Counted from the first letter of the stretch, positions 1 to 9,626 are shown. The stretch: 32,000 bases of DNA from Hyperthermus butylicus DSM 5456 (GCF_000015145.1 NC_008818.1:1110001-1142000); one strand, 5' to 3'. Notes: a model not told the origin generated them from the sequence alone. A program made the numbers and translations.

Positions 1-176
1 CCCCCAGCAAGGAAAGCTATGAGCTTAAGTAGCTTCTCATCACGCTCGCTCTTCGCCCTAAGCTCCTCTATGAGCCTTAGCAGCTCGCCCAGCTTGCGCC
101 TCAAATCGTTTAGCATGTTGTCTATGTACTTTAGTAGCTCCTGTGGCGAGGAAAACTCTTGAATACCAATAGTCAA
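1..176 (-). CDS. Partial CDS (N-terminal part, continues past the left edge); predicted coiled-coil protein of unknown function
   Basis: The reverse frame is open from the window edge up to an in-frame TAA at 183-185. Candidate starts are TTG 174-176 or ATG 114-116. The translation ...LTIGIQEFSSPQELLKYIDNMLNDLRRKLGELLRLIEELRAKSERDEKLLKLIAFLAG is heptad-like. I recognise no family. Confidence 0.3.
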   Translation of the reverse strand, partial: MTIGIQEFSSPQELLKYIDNMLNDLRRKLGELLRLIEELRAKSERDEKLLKLIAFLAG

Positions 177-216
177 GATCCTTTACCCAGTGCACTTAGC
201 TGGCGTCGGGCCTCCT

Positions 217-243
217 AAAAACTTATAGCTCTACGGGTAAAAA
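217..243 (-). terminator. Oligo-T tracts downstream of the 1114-aa gene
   Basis: Two T5 runs on the minus strand (A5 on plus at 217-221 and 239-243) lie 40-66 nt after the stop at 283. Archaeal RNAP terminates at oligo-T. Confidence 0.4.
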
Positions 244-282
244 CATATAACGTAAGACCTACCAGTGGGCTTTTTAACGCTG

Positions 283-3200
283 CTAGAACTCCTCCTCTGC
301 AGCAAGCCTCATCATTAGTTTGGATAGGTAGTGCCTTATCACTATGAGTATTACTGCCGAAATTACTATCATTATTATGACGTTGAGGTAGCGGAGTAGT
401 AGCGTCTGTATCGTCGGCTGCAGGGCTAACGTTACCGTGTCATCGGTCGTCAGTAATATGCTGGTACATGCCTGCCGGTAGCCCTTAGCCACTGCACAGA
501 CTTGGTAGTTCGCGTTAGATGGCAATACTGCGTCAACAGTTCCATCTACTCCTGTCATAAGGGTGGAGGAGAATACTACGTCCATACCAGCAATGTTTAC
601 TGTTGCTGCTGCAAGGCCTTTACCCTGATCGTTTTCCACTACTATGTGCAGTGTCCGCGGGGTTCTGGCTAGAGCTATTTCTAGCGTAGTGTTTGAAGGC
701 TTTATCGTTATATTTACTGGCTGGTAGAAGTTCCTAGCAGACTCTATTGTTAGTACGGACCCGTTAACGTGTACCAGCAGTGTTAGGGTCTGTGGGGGGC
801 CCGGGCTTATTCTTGCTACCTCCACCCCGTCGAGACGGACCACTATGCTATCGACTATCCTGTTCTCGAGCGCCAACTTGTCTAGAATTTTCGCTGTGAC
901 CGGCATCCTTACTGTTGGAAGCCTAATGTCTAGAACACTGTTATCCCTTGCAAGGTATACTTCTCTCTCAACAACATCGAATATCTTAAACCCAGTGTTG
1001 TCATACGGTAGTGGGTCTATATGCAAGCGATAAGTGCCCTTGACGAGTGTAATAGTTGCTGTTGCATTCAGTACTAGCACGCTGCGGATCTTTTCGTCCT
1101 CGACGCGGTCTATTGTAACCCTTGCTGTAACAGGTATGGTTTCATTGCCTACTACGCCGGTTAGTCGCAGCGTTAGCCTATATGTTACTGGTTCGAGCTG
1201 TATCTCGACTGCTGCACCATTGTCGGTTACGTTTACTGTCCTGGTTAGAGGCTTGAAGAATGGGTCCTCGCCCGCGGGGTGCAGCGGTGTTACCTCTATC
1301 GTCGCGCTGCCGCGGTGCTGTGTCTGGAAGGAGATCAAGTAGGGTCTATCAGCCTCAATACCGTAGAACTCTTGCTCGTATAGTACGCGGTTGTCGCCCA
1401 CCACCCTTAGCCTTATACCATCGCCTTTCGGTGTTGTATATTGCGATGCCAGTGTCACTATGACTGCAACGTTTATCCTTTCAAGGGTTACTATTACGTC
1501 CCTATCAGAGTCCATGCAGATTCTCGTTGTTGCCTCCCGGTAGAGTCCACCCCCGACTTCTCGCACGACGATAGTGTAGTTGCCGGGAAGTAGTTCGCTT
1601 AGCTCTATGCTCCTTGTGCCCGAGGGGTAGGTTGCGCTTATGGTTCTGGATCTCTTTTCGTCTATCAGCTGTACTGTGAGGTTGCGTATTGGCGGCTTAT
1701 TGGTATAGCTATCTACGAGGTGTAATACCAACGTGAACCTCTTATAGGGGACTGTGAGTGTTACATTACTCTTGCCCGCGCATAGTATTTTGTAGCTGCT
1801 TGGCTCGTAGATAGGCTCTTTAGGAGCTACAGTGATCTCTAGTATGCCTGGCTCCATGCATGGTGCTTCTATTGTTGGTCCGGCCTCCACGTATGATATG
1901 CTGTCTACAACCGTATTGTTTACGTAGAGTGTTGCCGCGACTGTGAGGTTTTCAAGTGGCTCGCCGTCTTCGTTAACGAAGCTTATTGACAGCGTTCTAA
2001 GCGTATAGTTCGCTATGAGCTGCTCCGTTACAATGTGTCCGAAGAGGAGGTTTGCGAAGCTGTTAACCACTACGAGGCCTGCACCAGTACCCACTGCGAG
2101 GAAGTTTGCCTCGGGGCCTAGGATCGCAGCCACCGTGCCCGGCCATGGTGATATGCAAGTGGTGCAGTGGCTGCTCTCAGACTCTACCCTAACCTCGCCA
2201 CGCTCGGTGTCTATTACCACGAGGCCTATATTACCTCCTTCATCAACTGCTGCTACTACGTAACCTCTCGTTGTCTTTGCGATGGATACATGCTTTATTG
2301 CTGCATGGAGCTGGAGACTCCAGAGCAGTCTATACGTGTCACCGTCGAGGCCCGCTACGAGTAGACTACCACTGCTTGTGCCGATGGCGACTATGTTGGC
2401 GTCAGGGGAGATTGCCGCTGTTCTCGCATAGTCGCCCAGGACGTAATAGCGCCAGAGGTTCTCGTAGGCTACCGCTCCATCGGGGCTAAACACTGCCAAC
2501 ACGAGGACTATTCTATCAAGCTTTGTAAACTCCACATCACGACCTGTCACCCAGAGGTAAAGCTTGCCGTTGAAAATGTATGCTAACAGTGCAGTACTGT
2601 TCATCAGCTTATAGCTTGATGCGAGCTCGCTGACCCTAGGCGGGTAACCACCACTAACGAGGTAGTATGCATACTCGCGTCTCGGGTTTATACATACGGT
2701 CTTGTTAAGCAACGTTATATCCATTGGTTCAGGATAGTTTAGCGTATTGTCAACCTCTATGGCTTTCGTAGTGTTAACTACTGCTATGTAGCACGTACCG
2801 CCATAGCTTACTATAATGTCTATGAGCTGAGCCAGCGTAGGAAGCTGCAGTATGGCGTAGCCGTTCTCGTCAGTTATACTCTCGGGCGTAAACTGACTAG
2901 TACTAGGTATATAGCCAAACACTGTTACGCCTTGAATAGGCGTGCCATTGTAGAGTATTTGGAGGCGAAGCTTAGCCTTGGCAGACACCGTAGCTGTTGG
3001 GAGTAGCTTAACTATAGCCGAGCCAGCTGGCTCTATAAGGCTTCCTGTGGGCTTGTAGACTGGCACTACCTGCTGCACAATGCTATTCTCTAGCCTTTCT
3101 CCCAGCAAGCTGCCTACTGCGTCTCCTGCCTCGAACCAACCCAGCCTTATGCGGCTAACAATGTATAGGCGGTAGTCATTGTCGAGTTCTGTGAGGACCG

Positions 3201-3627
3201 CTATACTGGGCCTACCTAGATTAAGATACGCCATACCCTTTGGATTACCCTTACCGGCAAACACGTAGTGGCCCGGCTCCTCGAGGTCTAGTATTAGTAA
3301 GTCTCCACGCCGGGAGACTACGAACACGTACCTTGGGTTTGACGGATTGTCAAGTGTTGCGTAGACAGGCTCAGAGTCCATTGTCGCCTCATAGAGCGGT
3401 GTTAGGGATGGCTTTAACTCCGTAGTATTGATGTACGCTAGGTATACCTTGTAGGCCTCTCCATCCTTTACAGCGTAGACTATGTAATTACTACCGAATG
3501 CTTCAAGCATGACTACAGGCCTACTATCAACAATATGGATTACTGGCACCTCCTCTGCCGCTGCCATGACTGAGAAGCTGTAGAGGATAGCTGCAGCTAC
3601 TACTGCTACCAACAACGTATTCTTCAA
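283..3627 (-). CDS. Large surface-anchored glycoprotein: Sec-type signal peptide, beta-propeller-like N-terminal half, about 6 Ig/CarboxypepD_reg-like repeats, C-terminal TM anchor
   Basis: The N-terminus MKNTLLVAVVAAAILYSFSVMAAAEE is a signal peptide. Residues ~60-530 carry repeated strand motifs of the type VAIGTSSGSLLVAG / FLAVGTGAGLVVVN / GYVVAAVDEGGNIGLVV. Residues ~540-1060 hold ~85-aa repeats ending in a clear CarboxypepD_reg-like unit (LHIVVENDQGKGLAAATVNIAG...TGVDGTVDAVLP..NYQVCAVAKGY). The C-terminus has a hydrophobic helix (NVIIMIVISAVILIVI) plus a charged tail. There are more than 15 N-x-S/T sequons. Confidence 0.8.
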   Translation of the reverse strand: MKNTLLVAVVAAAILYSFSVMAAAEEVPVIHIVDSRPVVMLEAFGSNYIVYAVKDGEAYKVYLAYINTTELKPSLTPLYEATMDSEPVYATLDNPSNPRYVFVVSRRGDLLILDLEEPGHYVFAGKGNPKGMAYLNLGRPSIAVLTELDNDYRLYIVSRIRLGWFEAGDAVGSLLGERLENSIVQQVVPVYKPTGSLIEPAGSAIVKLLPTATVSAKAKLRLQILYNGTPIQGVTVFGYIPSTSQFTPESITDENGYAILQLPTLAQLIDIIVSYGGTCYIAVVNTTKAIEVDNTLNYPEPMDITLLNKTVCINPRREYAYYLVSGGYPPRVSELASSYKLMNSTALLAYIFNGKLYLWVTGRDVEFTKLDRIVLVLAVFSPDGAVAYENLWRYYVLGDYARTAAISPDANIVAIGTSSGSLLVAGLDGDTYRLLWSLQLHAAIKHVSIAKTTRGYVVAAVDEGGNIGLVVIDTERGEVRVESESSHCTTCISPWPGTVAAILGPEANFLAVGTGAGLVVVNSFANLLFGHIVTEQLIANYTLRTLSISFVNEDGEPLENLTVAATLYVNNTVVDSISYVEAGPTIEAPCMEPGILEITVAPKEPIYEPSSYKILCAGKSNVTLTVPYKRFTLVLHLVDSYTNKPPIRNLTVQLIDEKRSRTISATYPSGTRSIELSELLPGNYTIVVREVGGGLYREATTRICMDSDRDVIVTLERINVAVIVTLASQYTTPKGDGIRLRVVGDNRVLYEQEFYGIEADRPYLISFQTQHRGSATIEVTPLHPAGEDPFFKPLTRTVNVTDNGAAVEIQLEPVTYRLTLRLTGVVGNETIPVTARVTIDRVEDEKIRSVLVLNATATITLVKGTYRLHIDPLPYDNTGFKIFDVVEREVYLARDNSVLDIRLPTVRMPVTAKILDKLALENRIVDSIVVRLDGVEVARISPGPPQTLTLLVHVNGSVLTIESARNFYQPVNITIKPSNTTLEIALARTPRTLHIVVENDQGKGLAAATVNIAGMDVVFSSTLMTGVDGTVDAVLPSNANYQVCAVAKGYRQACTSILLTTDDTVTLALQPTIQTLLLRYLNVIIMIVISAVILIVIRHYLSKLMMRLAAEEEF

Positions 3628-3794
3628 GTCCTCTACACCCCATATAGCTTGGACTCTAGCCTGCCTACACTAATACCCTGCTATGTGAACGCTGTTAGTG
3701 ATTGACATGTGTCACGTTTAGCTTAAAGCCCTGGAGTAAAAAAGGTATTTAGAGGCCACGAGATATGGAATGAGAGCTAGGAGGAAAAGGGTAG

Positions 3795-5462
3795 ATGTTT
3801 CTGGCGAAACTGCTCAGCAAGATTAAGCTGCGTAGGCATGAGGAGAAGAAGCCAGAGGCAGACTTTGAGGAAGAGCTGGAGCCGCTAGATTATAGGAGGC
3901 GGACACTATCATCGGTATGTCCCCAAAAGGAGTGTGAGGAGCTGGAATCATATCCCCTAGAGGATCCATGGGTGCACGCGATAATACTGAGGAATAAGCG
4001 TACCGGCGAGATCATATACTGGATAGACGAGATACCCCTCTCCCCCGAGGAGAAGAAGATCTACGACAACATAATGGACATACTGTACTGGGAGCTTAAG
4101 CCACCAACAAGAGAAGACGTGGACGTCTTCGCATACTTTGCAAAGGAGGCTCGCAAGGTTGTAGAAGTCTTCCAGATTAGGCTTGGCCGAACACCCGGCA
4201 TCTCATGGGGCAAGATCCTCTACTACGTTCTGCGTGACGCTGTAGGCTTCGGGCCCATAGACCCGCTGATGAAGGATCCCAACATAGAGGATATATCTTG
4301 TAACGGTGTGGGTAGGAGGGTGTATGTGTGGCACCGCCGCTACGAGTATATACCAACAAACCTCATCTTCCACTCATCCGAGGAGCTGGATAATCTCGTC
4401 GTAAAGCTTGCCCATATGGCTGGCAAGCATGTATCCGTTGCATTCCCTATAGTTGATGCTATATTGCCTGGCGGCCACCGTCTCGCAGCCACCTATAAGA
4501 AGGAGGTTACAACAGGAGGCTCCACGTTCACCATACGTAAATTTAGGGAGGACCCAATAACAATTGTCGACATGATAAGGTTTAGGACTATAAGCGCCGA
4601 ACTCGCTGCATACTACTGGCTGCTCATGGAACACAAGATGCCTGGCATGGTGCTTGGCGTAACTGGTTCCGGTAAGACCACAACGCTCAACGCCTTGTTA
4701 ACACTGCTGAAGCCCTCGGTAAAAGTTGTAACTATTGAGGATACACCGGAACTCAAGCTACCGCTTGAGAACTGGGTTCAGCTAATCCCAAGGATGAGCT
4801 ATGGCCTTGGCATGGAAAAGATTGGAGAGATAAGCCTCTACGACCTGGTAAGGGTTAGTCTGCGATATAGGCCCGACATAATCGTTGTCGGTGAGGTACG
4901 TGGCGAAGAGGCTTACGTGCTATTCCAAGCCATCGCAACAGGCCACGGCGGCATGACTACACTACATGCAGAGTCCATTGACGCCGCTGTTAAGAGGCTT
5001 ACAAGTCCACCAATGAATATCCCGGAGGGCTATATACCACTGATGAACTTTACACTACTAATACGTAGGGTCGAAATCATTGATCCCCAAACCGGTAGGC
5101 CTAAGATCACTAGGAGGATTACCTATACTTGGGAGATAGCAGATTATGGTAAGTACATCGTGTCCCATAAGTGGGACGCGCGTAGGGATAAGCACATAGT
5201 AAAACTTAAGGACAGCGTGCTCATGAAGAGGATTATGGAGCTGCACGGCTGGGATAAGGAGTACTTGCTCCAGGAGTTCAATAGAAGAGCTACAGTCCTG
5301 AAGTGGATGGCAGCTAAGAACATGAGGAGCTATGTTGAAGTTGCAAGGATTATACGCGAGTACTACATGGATCCGGAGGGCACCCACAAGATTGCCATAC
5401 GCGACCTAGGCGGGGAGGCTGAAGTAGAGGCTACAGAATACCAGCCTGGAAGCCTGATGTAG
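3795..5462 (+). CDS. Type IV pilus/archaellum-family secretion ATPase (FlaI/ArlI/PilB-like, VirB11 superfamily)
   Basis: Walker A is GVTGSGKTTTLNAL. Walker B/Asp box is PDIIVVGEVRGEEA. The His box is GHGGMTTLHA. The FlaI-like N-domain (YWIDEIPLSPEEKKIY) is present. A GGAGG lies 11-15 nt upstream of the ATG. Confidence 0.9.
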   Translation: MFLAKLLSKIKLRRHEEKKPEADFEEELEPLDYRRRTLSSVCPQKECEELESYPLEDPWVHAIILRNKRTGEIIYWIDEIPLSPEEKKIYDNIMDILYWELKPPTREDVDVFAYFAKEARKVVEVFQIRLGRTPGISWGKILYYVLRDAVGFGPIDPLMKDPNIEDISCNGVGRRVYVWHRRYEYIPTNLIFHSSEELDNLVVKLAHMAGKHVSVAFPIVDAILPGGHRLAATYKKEVTTGGSTFTIRKFREDPITIVDMIRFRTISAELAAYYWLLMEHKMPGMVLGVTGSGKTTTLNALLTLLKPSVKVVTIEDTPELKLPLENWVQLIPRMSYGLGMEKIGEISLYDLVRVSLRYRPDIIVVGEVRGEEAYVLFQAIATGHGGMTTLHAESIDAAVKRLTSPPMNIPEGYIPLMNFTLLIRRVEIIDPQTGRPKITRRITYTWEIADYGKYIVSHKWDARRDKHIVKLKDSVLMKRIMELHGWDKEYLLQEFNRRATVLKWMAAKNMRSYVEVARIIREYYMDPEGTHKIAIRDLGGEAEVEATEYQPGSLM

Positions 5463-5590
5463 AGCTGTTGGCTACCGAGGGATGTAGCCATATGCACTAC
5501 GTGGTTTATCCGGTAGTCTCGCTACATCTGACCTAACTGGCAAGAAGCTAGCAGTGACACCCATAAGAGTTCTAGGGTGGTGCTTGGGCC

Positions 5591-7456
5591 TTGTCTCTGC
5601 TTCGCCGCTTCGCGAGGAGGTTTCGTAAGAAGCGGGAAAGCACTGCTAGAAGAAGAACTGTAAAAAAGGTTCCATTGACACTTATCTATGATAGCTTGGC
5701 TTTAACTGTTCTCGGGAAGTACCCGGAGAGATTTGCGAAGGCCTTCCAGCTCTATGAGATGATTGATAAGGCTGGTCTCAATACACACCCAACCCTCTAT
5801 GCTGCGCGTATCCTCTTCGCCGTTGTGCTGTTACTTTCAGCCGCTGTGGTGGCTACTATATATCTCGCCTTTCTACCGATAAGCTTCACCGTGAAGGTTG
5901 TAATTAGCCTTGCCCTCTTCTTTGCACCCGTGATAGTGTTTGTTGCTGGCCTCATGTACCCGGCCTCTAAGGCTTCTAGTAGGGCTGAGCGTGTAGACAT
6001 GGAGTTTCCATTCTTTGCGGCTTACATGACTGCTATGGCTTATGGTGGTGTGCCTCCGGAGAAGCTTATTGAGAGGCTTGCCGAGATAAGGATGTTCCGT
6101 GCCCTCCGAGAGGAAGCAAGACGTATACTCAGGGACGTAAAGATCTTCGGCAAGAACATCCTATCGGCTCTTGAGCACAACGCGCTACACCACCCTTCAA
6201 GGCTTTACCGCGACTTCATGCTCGGTTATCTTACAGTGATACGTACCGGCGGTAATGTGCATCATTACCTGGAGGTTCGTACACAAGAGGTTATCCAGGC
6301 AAGGATGGAGGATCTCAGAAACCGTGCCGACCGTGTTGGCCTCATAGTTGAGGCCTACGTTGCAGTAGCAGTGCTTGGAACATTATCGTTCTACATATTC
6401 TTCATCGTGAGCGGCCTCATAGGCCGTGCAGTAGGCGGCGGGCTTGGAGGCACTACGGGCCTCATACTCTATAGCTTCATAGTGCTGCCACTGATAACAA
6501 TAGCAATACTAATGCTCCTTAACACCACCATACCAAGCTACGAGAATATCCGTGAGCCATACATCTACATGGCTATCAGCGTTCCAACCGCGTTCGTCAC
6601 GTCACTAATACTCCTCCAGCTAACCGGTGTCTACCGCATACCAACAGCTACAGTTGATATCAAGGCTATATCCATGGCTTCTGCCATATTCGCACTAGGC
6701 TTAATGATAGCTAGTTTGGGTCCCGCAATAGTCTACATGAGGATTGCAAGGAAGGAGAAGAAGATAAACCGTAGCCTGCCAGCATTCTTCCGTGATCTCT
6801 CCGAGGTTAGGAGAACCGGGCTCAGCCCTGAGCGCAGCATCATAGTACTGTCGGAGCGCGACTATGGTGAGCTTAGCAACGTCATACGCCGCATAGCCGC
6901 CGCGCTGTCAATGGGCCTCCACGTAGAGAGGGCGTTCAGGACCGCTATCAAGGGGTACAAGAGCTGGATACTCCGTGTAACCATGAGGTTCCTCGTTGAC
7001 GCCATAGATGTTGGTGGCGGTAGTCCAACAACAATAGACTCGCTGGCCAGGTTCGTGTCCACATTGATAGAGCTAAACGAGAATCTTAAGAGGAGGCTTA
7101 AGCCCTTCATCATAATGCCTTACTTTGGCGCCGTGATAGTTGCTGTTGCGAGCATACTGACCCTAGCAATGCTCGTAAACGCTATCGCCGCTACCGGCCT
7201 CGGTACTACACAGTATAGCTTTGGCGGACTCCAGGTGAGTCTCTCGCCGGCACAGATTGGCAAGCTACTACTACTAGCGTCAATTGCGTCGATACTGAAT
7301 GGTTGGCTTAGCGGCCTGGTGGCTGGAAAGCTTGCCGACCTGCATACGGCAGGCGGGTTCCTCCATGCAACACTGCTAACCGCTATAGTACTCGTTTCGA
7401 TAATAGCAGCGTTAACGGTATCTGGTTCGCTACTACAGTCTGTAGCTGCTGGCTAG
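5591..7456 (+). CDS. FlaJ/ArlJ/TadC-like polytopic membrane platform protein of a type IV pilus-like system
   Basis: 621 aa with about 9 hydrophobic helices. Two cytoplasmic T2SSF-like helical domains are present (RAERVDMEFPFFAAYMTAMAYGG... and LPAFFRDLSEVRRTGLSPERSI...). It sits directly downstream of the ATPase. The start is TTG, the first start after an in-frame TAG at 5573-5575. Confidence 0.85.
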   Translation: MSLLRRFARRFRKKRESTARRRTVKKVPLTLIYDSLALTVLGKYPERFAKAFQLYEMIDKAGLNTHPTLYAARILFAVVLLLSAAVVATIYLAFLPISFTVKVVISLALFFAPVIVFVAGLMYPASKASSRAERVDMEFPFFAAYMTAMAYGGVPPEKLIERLAEIRMFRALREEARRILRDVKIFGKNILSALEHNALHHPSRLYRDFMLGYLTVIRTGGNVHHYLEVRTQEVIQARMEDLRNRADRVGLIVEAYVAVAVLGTLSFYIFFIVSGLIGRAVGGGLGGTTGLILYSFIVLPLITIAILMLLNTTIPSYENIREPYIYMAISVPTAFVTSLILLQLTGVYRIPTATVDIKAISMASAIFALGLMIASLGPAIVYMRIARKEKKINRSLPAFFRDLSEVRRTGLSPERSIIVLSERDYGELSNVIRRIAAALSMGLHVERAFRTAIKGYKSWILRVTMRFLVDAIDVGGGSPTTIDSLARFVSTLIELNENLKRRLKPFIIMPYFGAVIVAVASILTLAMLVNAIAATGLGTTQYSFGGLQVSLSPAQIGKLLLLASIASILNGWLSGLVAGKLADLHTAGGFLHATLLTAIVLVSIIAALTVSGSLLQSVAAG

Positions 7457-8274
7457 CTTTTCGCTCTACCACCGCCGAGGAAGTCTAGTAGTGAGCGGCT
7501 CTGCAAGGGCTGGCCTTTCTGCCTCCTGATGTCACGGAAGAGCTTCTGAACATCTATGCGGCGGTACTCTAGGCCTAGGCTCTGGAGAAGAGCTAGAGCC
7601 TCCTTCGATATCGATGGGGCGACAAGTATGCCGCGTATCTTTGCGCCTGGGTTTAACTGTTTGAACGCCTCAACATAGCTTTGGAGCTGTTTTACCGCTT
7701 CCAGCCCTGCGTTGACACGCTTAACCTCGATGACAACATAGTTCCCATCCTTGTCAACGGCCACTATGTCGGCATACCCTGTCTCTATGGGTCTCTCCCT
7801 GCGGAGGACACGGAGCCCCTCTTCGACAAGTTCTGGATGCTTAGCCAGGTAGTCTGCTATTTCCTTCTCGTCGAGATACTCTATGAAATCTGCCTCATCG
7901 ACTAGCCCATGAACGGCTAGTAGTGCATAGACCTCCTCTATATGTATTTCTAGTACCTCGCGTGGCCTCTTCCTCACGCTCCGGAATAGTAGCACACCAT
8001 CCCTCTCCTCAACGCTGAGAACCTGGCTCTCGGGCTGCCAGTTTACCGGCGAGTAGCCCGTGGGCCTGTGCACCAGTACCGCCCCATCAGGCTTGACTAC
8101 TATAAGGCGGTCGCCGTCGCCGAGCTTGCTAGCTCCACGGCCCTCATAGTAAACACGACACCGTGCAAGCATTACTATGACATCATGTCTCTTGAGAGCT
8201 TCGTGGAGGATGCTGCGGGCCTCGCTCAGGCTCGGCGACGCAACATAGACTATTCGGGGCTTCAACAGCTCCAC
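7453..8274 (-). CDS. nucS: Endonuclease NucS / EndoMS (mismatch-specific RecB-like nuclease)
   Basis: The N-terminal domain shows full-length resemblance (RCRVYYEGRGASKLGDGDRLIVVKPDGAVLVHRPTGYSPVNWQP). The C-terminal nuclease core is GYADIVAVDKDGNYVVIEVKR. The C-terminal tail SLLDFLGG is PCNA-interaction-like. Confidence 0.9.
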   Translation of the reverse strand: MELLKPRIVYVASPSLSEARSILHEALKRHDVIVMLARCRVYYEGRGASKLGDGDRLIVVKPDGAVLVHRPTGYSPVNWQPESQVLSVEERDGVLLFRSVRKRPREVLEIHIEEVYALLAVHGLVDEADFIEYLDEKEIADYLAKHPELVEEGLRVLRRERPIETGYADIVAVDKDGNYVVIEVKRVNAGLEAVKQLQSYVEAFKQLNPGAKIRGILVAPSISKEALALLQSLGLEYRRIDVQKLFRDIRRQKGQPLQSRSLLDFLGGGRAKS

Positions 8275-8343
8275 CTTCCGGAGCTTCAGCCAGGCTACGG
8301 GGCCTCCTCCTCATAAACAGTCTAGTGTTAATACCATGCCCTT

Positions 8344-9522
8344 ATGGGGGTTTGGGGAGCCCCTAGTACTGGCGTCGGGTTGACGCCAATGACTGTAGCA
8401 TATGCTAGAGCGGTTATTGTGAGGCTTGAGAGGTATCCGTTTCTAGCCGACGTGGATGCTGTTGCAATGAGGCGGTTTGGCCTAGGCGTTGTTGAGGTTG
8501 CACGTATCCGCCGGGACCTCGTGGAGCGAGGCGTTGATAGGCTCCTGGAGGCTATTAGGAGGGGACGCCTCGGCGACAGTGTTGACCATGTTGAAGAGGA
8601 GGTTTTATCCTTCGCCTATGCTGCAATAATCGCCTACGCTACCGGCAACAAATGGCTCGTTTCGAGACTCGCTCTTGCCGAGGCTGAGAGGGCCTACAGC
8701 CTAGCCCAGAGCGAGAACGATGAGACTATTGCACAGCTAGCAAGGCTTGTCGGCTTGGAGAGCCTAACCTATGGGAGGGGGTATCGTGAACCCATAGCAC
8801 TGCTAAGGGGGACAATAATATACCGAGTCTACCCCTACTCCATGAAGCTGATAGACTATCTGCGTGTTGCCCGTAGGCTCCTAGGCGATGATGCATGGAA
8901 GCCTATAAACTTCCCAGTACTCCGCGGCATCATATTCCTCGATAAGAGCCATGTACTGCGACTATTCAAGGAGGCTGCTACCGAGTATATCGAAGAGAAG
9001 GTGCGGAGCATAGGGGAGGCCTATGCAGGCCAGCTAGTCGACGTTGTCTCGGAGTATGTGAAGAAGGTTGAGGAGAAGCTTTCTGAGCAGCGGCGCCCCC
9101 GCATGGTTGGTAGCTCGCGGATAGAGGTTCCAAAGGGTGTCATTGTAGAGGAGGCATTACCCCCATGCATGAGGGATCTCATCGAAAGGACGCGGAGAGG
9201 CGACAATCTCAGCCATCATGAGCGCTTCGCCCTAGCTACATTCATGCTAAACATAGGAGCCGAGATAGACTATGTTGTCGACTTGTTTAGGAATATGCCA
9301 GACTTCAACGAGAAAATTACGAGGTACCAGGTGGAACACCTTGCTGGACTACGCGGCTCCGGCAAGAAGTACCGTGTGTATAGCTGCGAAAAGATGAAGA
9401 CCCTAGGCATTTGCAAAGCTGACTGTGGAACAAGAAGCCCGATCCAGGCCTACTACCAGAGCCTACGCGGTCTCCTCGCACAGCGGCGGGGCAGACGCGG
9501 AAAAAGCAATAATGCTTCCTAA
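8344..9522 (+). CDS. priL: DNA primase large subunit PriL
   Basis: The C-terminal Fe-S domain is PPCMRDLIERTRRGDNLSHHERFALATFMLNIGAEIDYVVDLF...RYQVEHLAG...KYRVYSCEKMKTLGICKADC, with 4 Cys. The true start may be the ATG at 8389 (MTVAYARAV...). Confidence 0.85.
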   Translation: MGVWGAPSTGVGLTPMTVAYARAVIVRLERYPFLADVDAVAMRRFGLGVVEVARIRRDLVERGVDRLLEAIRRGRLGDSVDHVEEEVLSFAYAAIIAYATGNKWLVSRLALAEAERAYSLAQSENDETIAQLARLVGLESLTYGRGYREPIALLRGTIIYRVYPYSMKLIDYLRVARRLLGDDAWKPINFPVLRGIIFLDKSHVLRLFKEAATEYIEEKVRSIGEAYAGQLVDVVSEYVKKVEEKLSEQRRPRMVGSSRIEVPKGVIVEEALPPCMRDLIERTRRGDNLSHHERFALATFMLNIGAEIDYVVDLFRNMPDFNEKITRYQVEHLAGLRGSGKKYRVYSCEKMKTLGICKADCGTRSPIQAYYQSLRGLLAQRRGRRGKSNNAS

Positions 9523-9626
9523 GGTGCTGCCAAGGATTTACCCCTTATTCCTTTGCTGTAAAGGTTTAAAACCTTGCACAAGAGTACCCCTAGACCAGTT
9601 ATGGAGGTAGACTAGTCTAACTGGGG

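Noticed and set aside
845-3425. Eight plus-strand ORFs of 61-102 aa (845, 1034, 1260, 2015, 2167, 2271, 3240 ...) inside the 1114-aa gene
   Set aside because: They are antisense shadow ORFs of a long, well-supported minus-strand CDS. Their products are low-complexity (S/T/R/P-rich) with no motifs.
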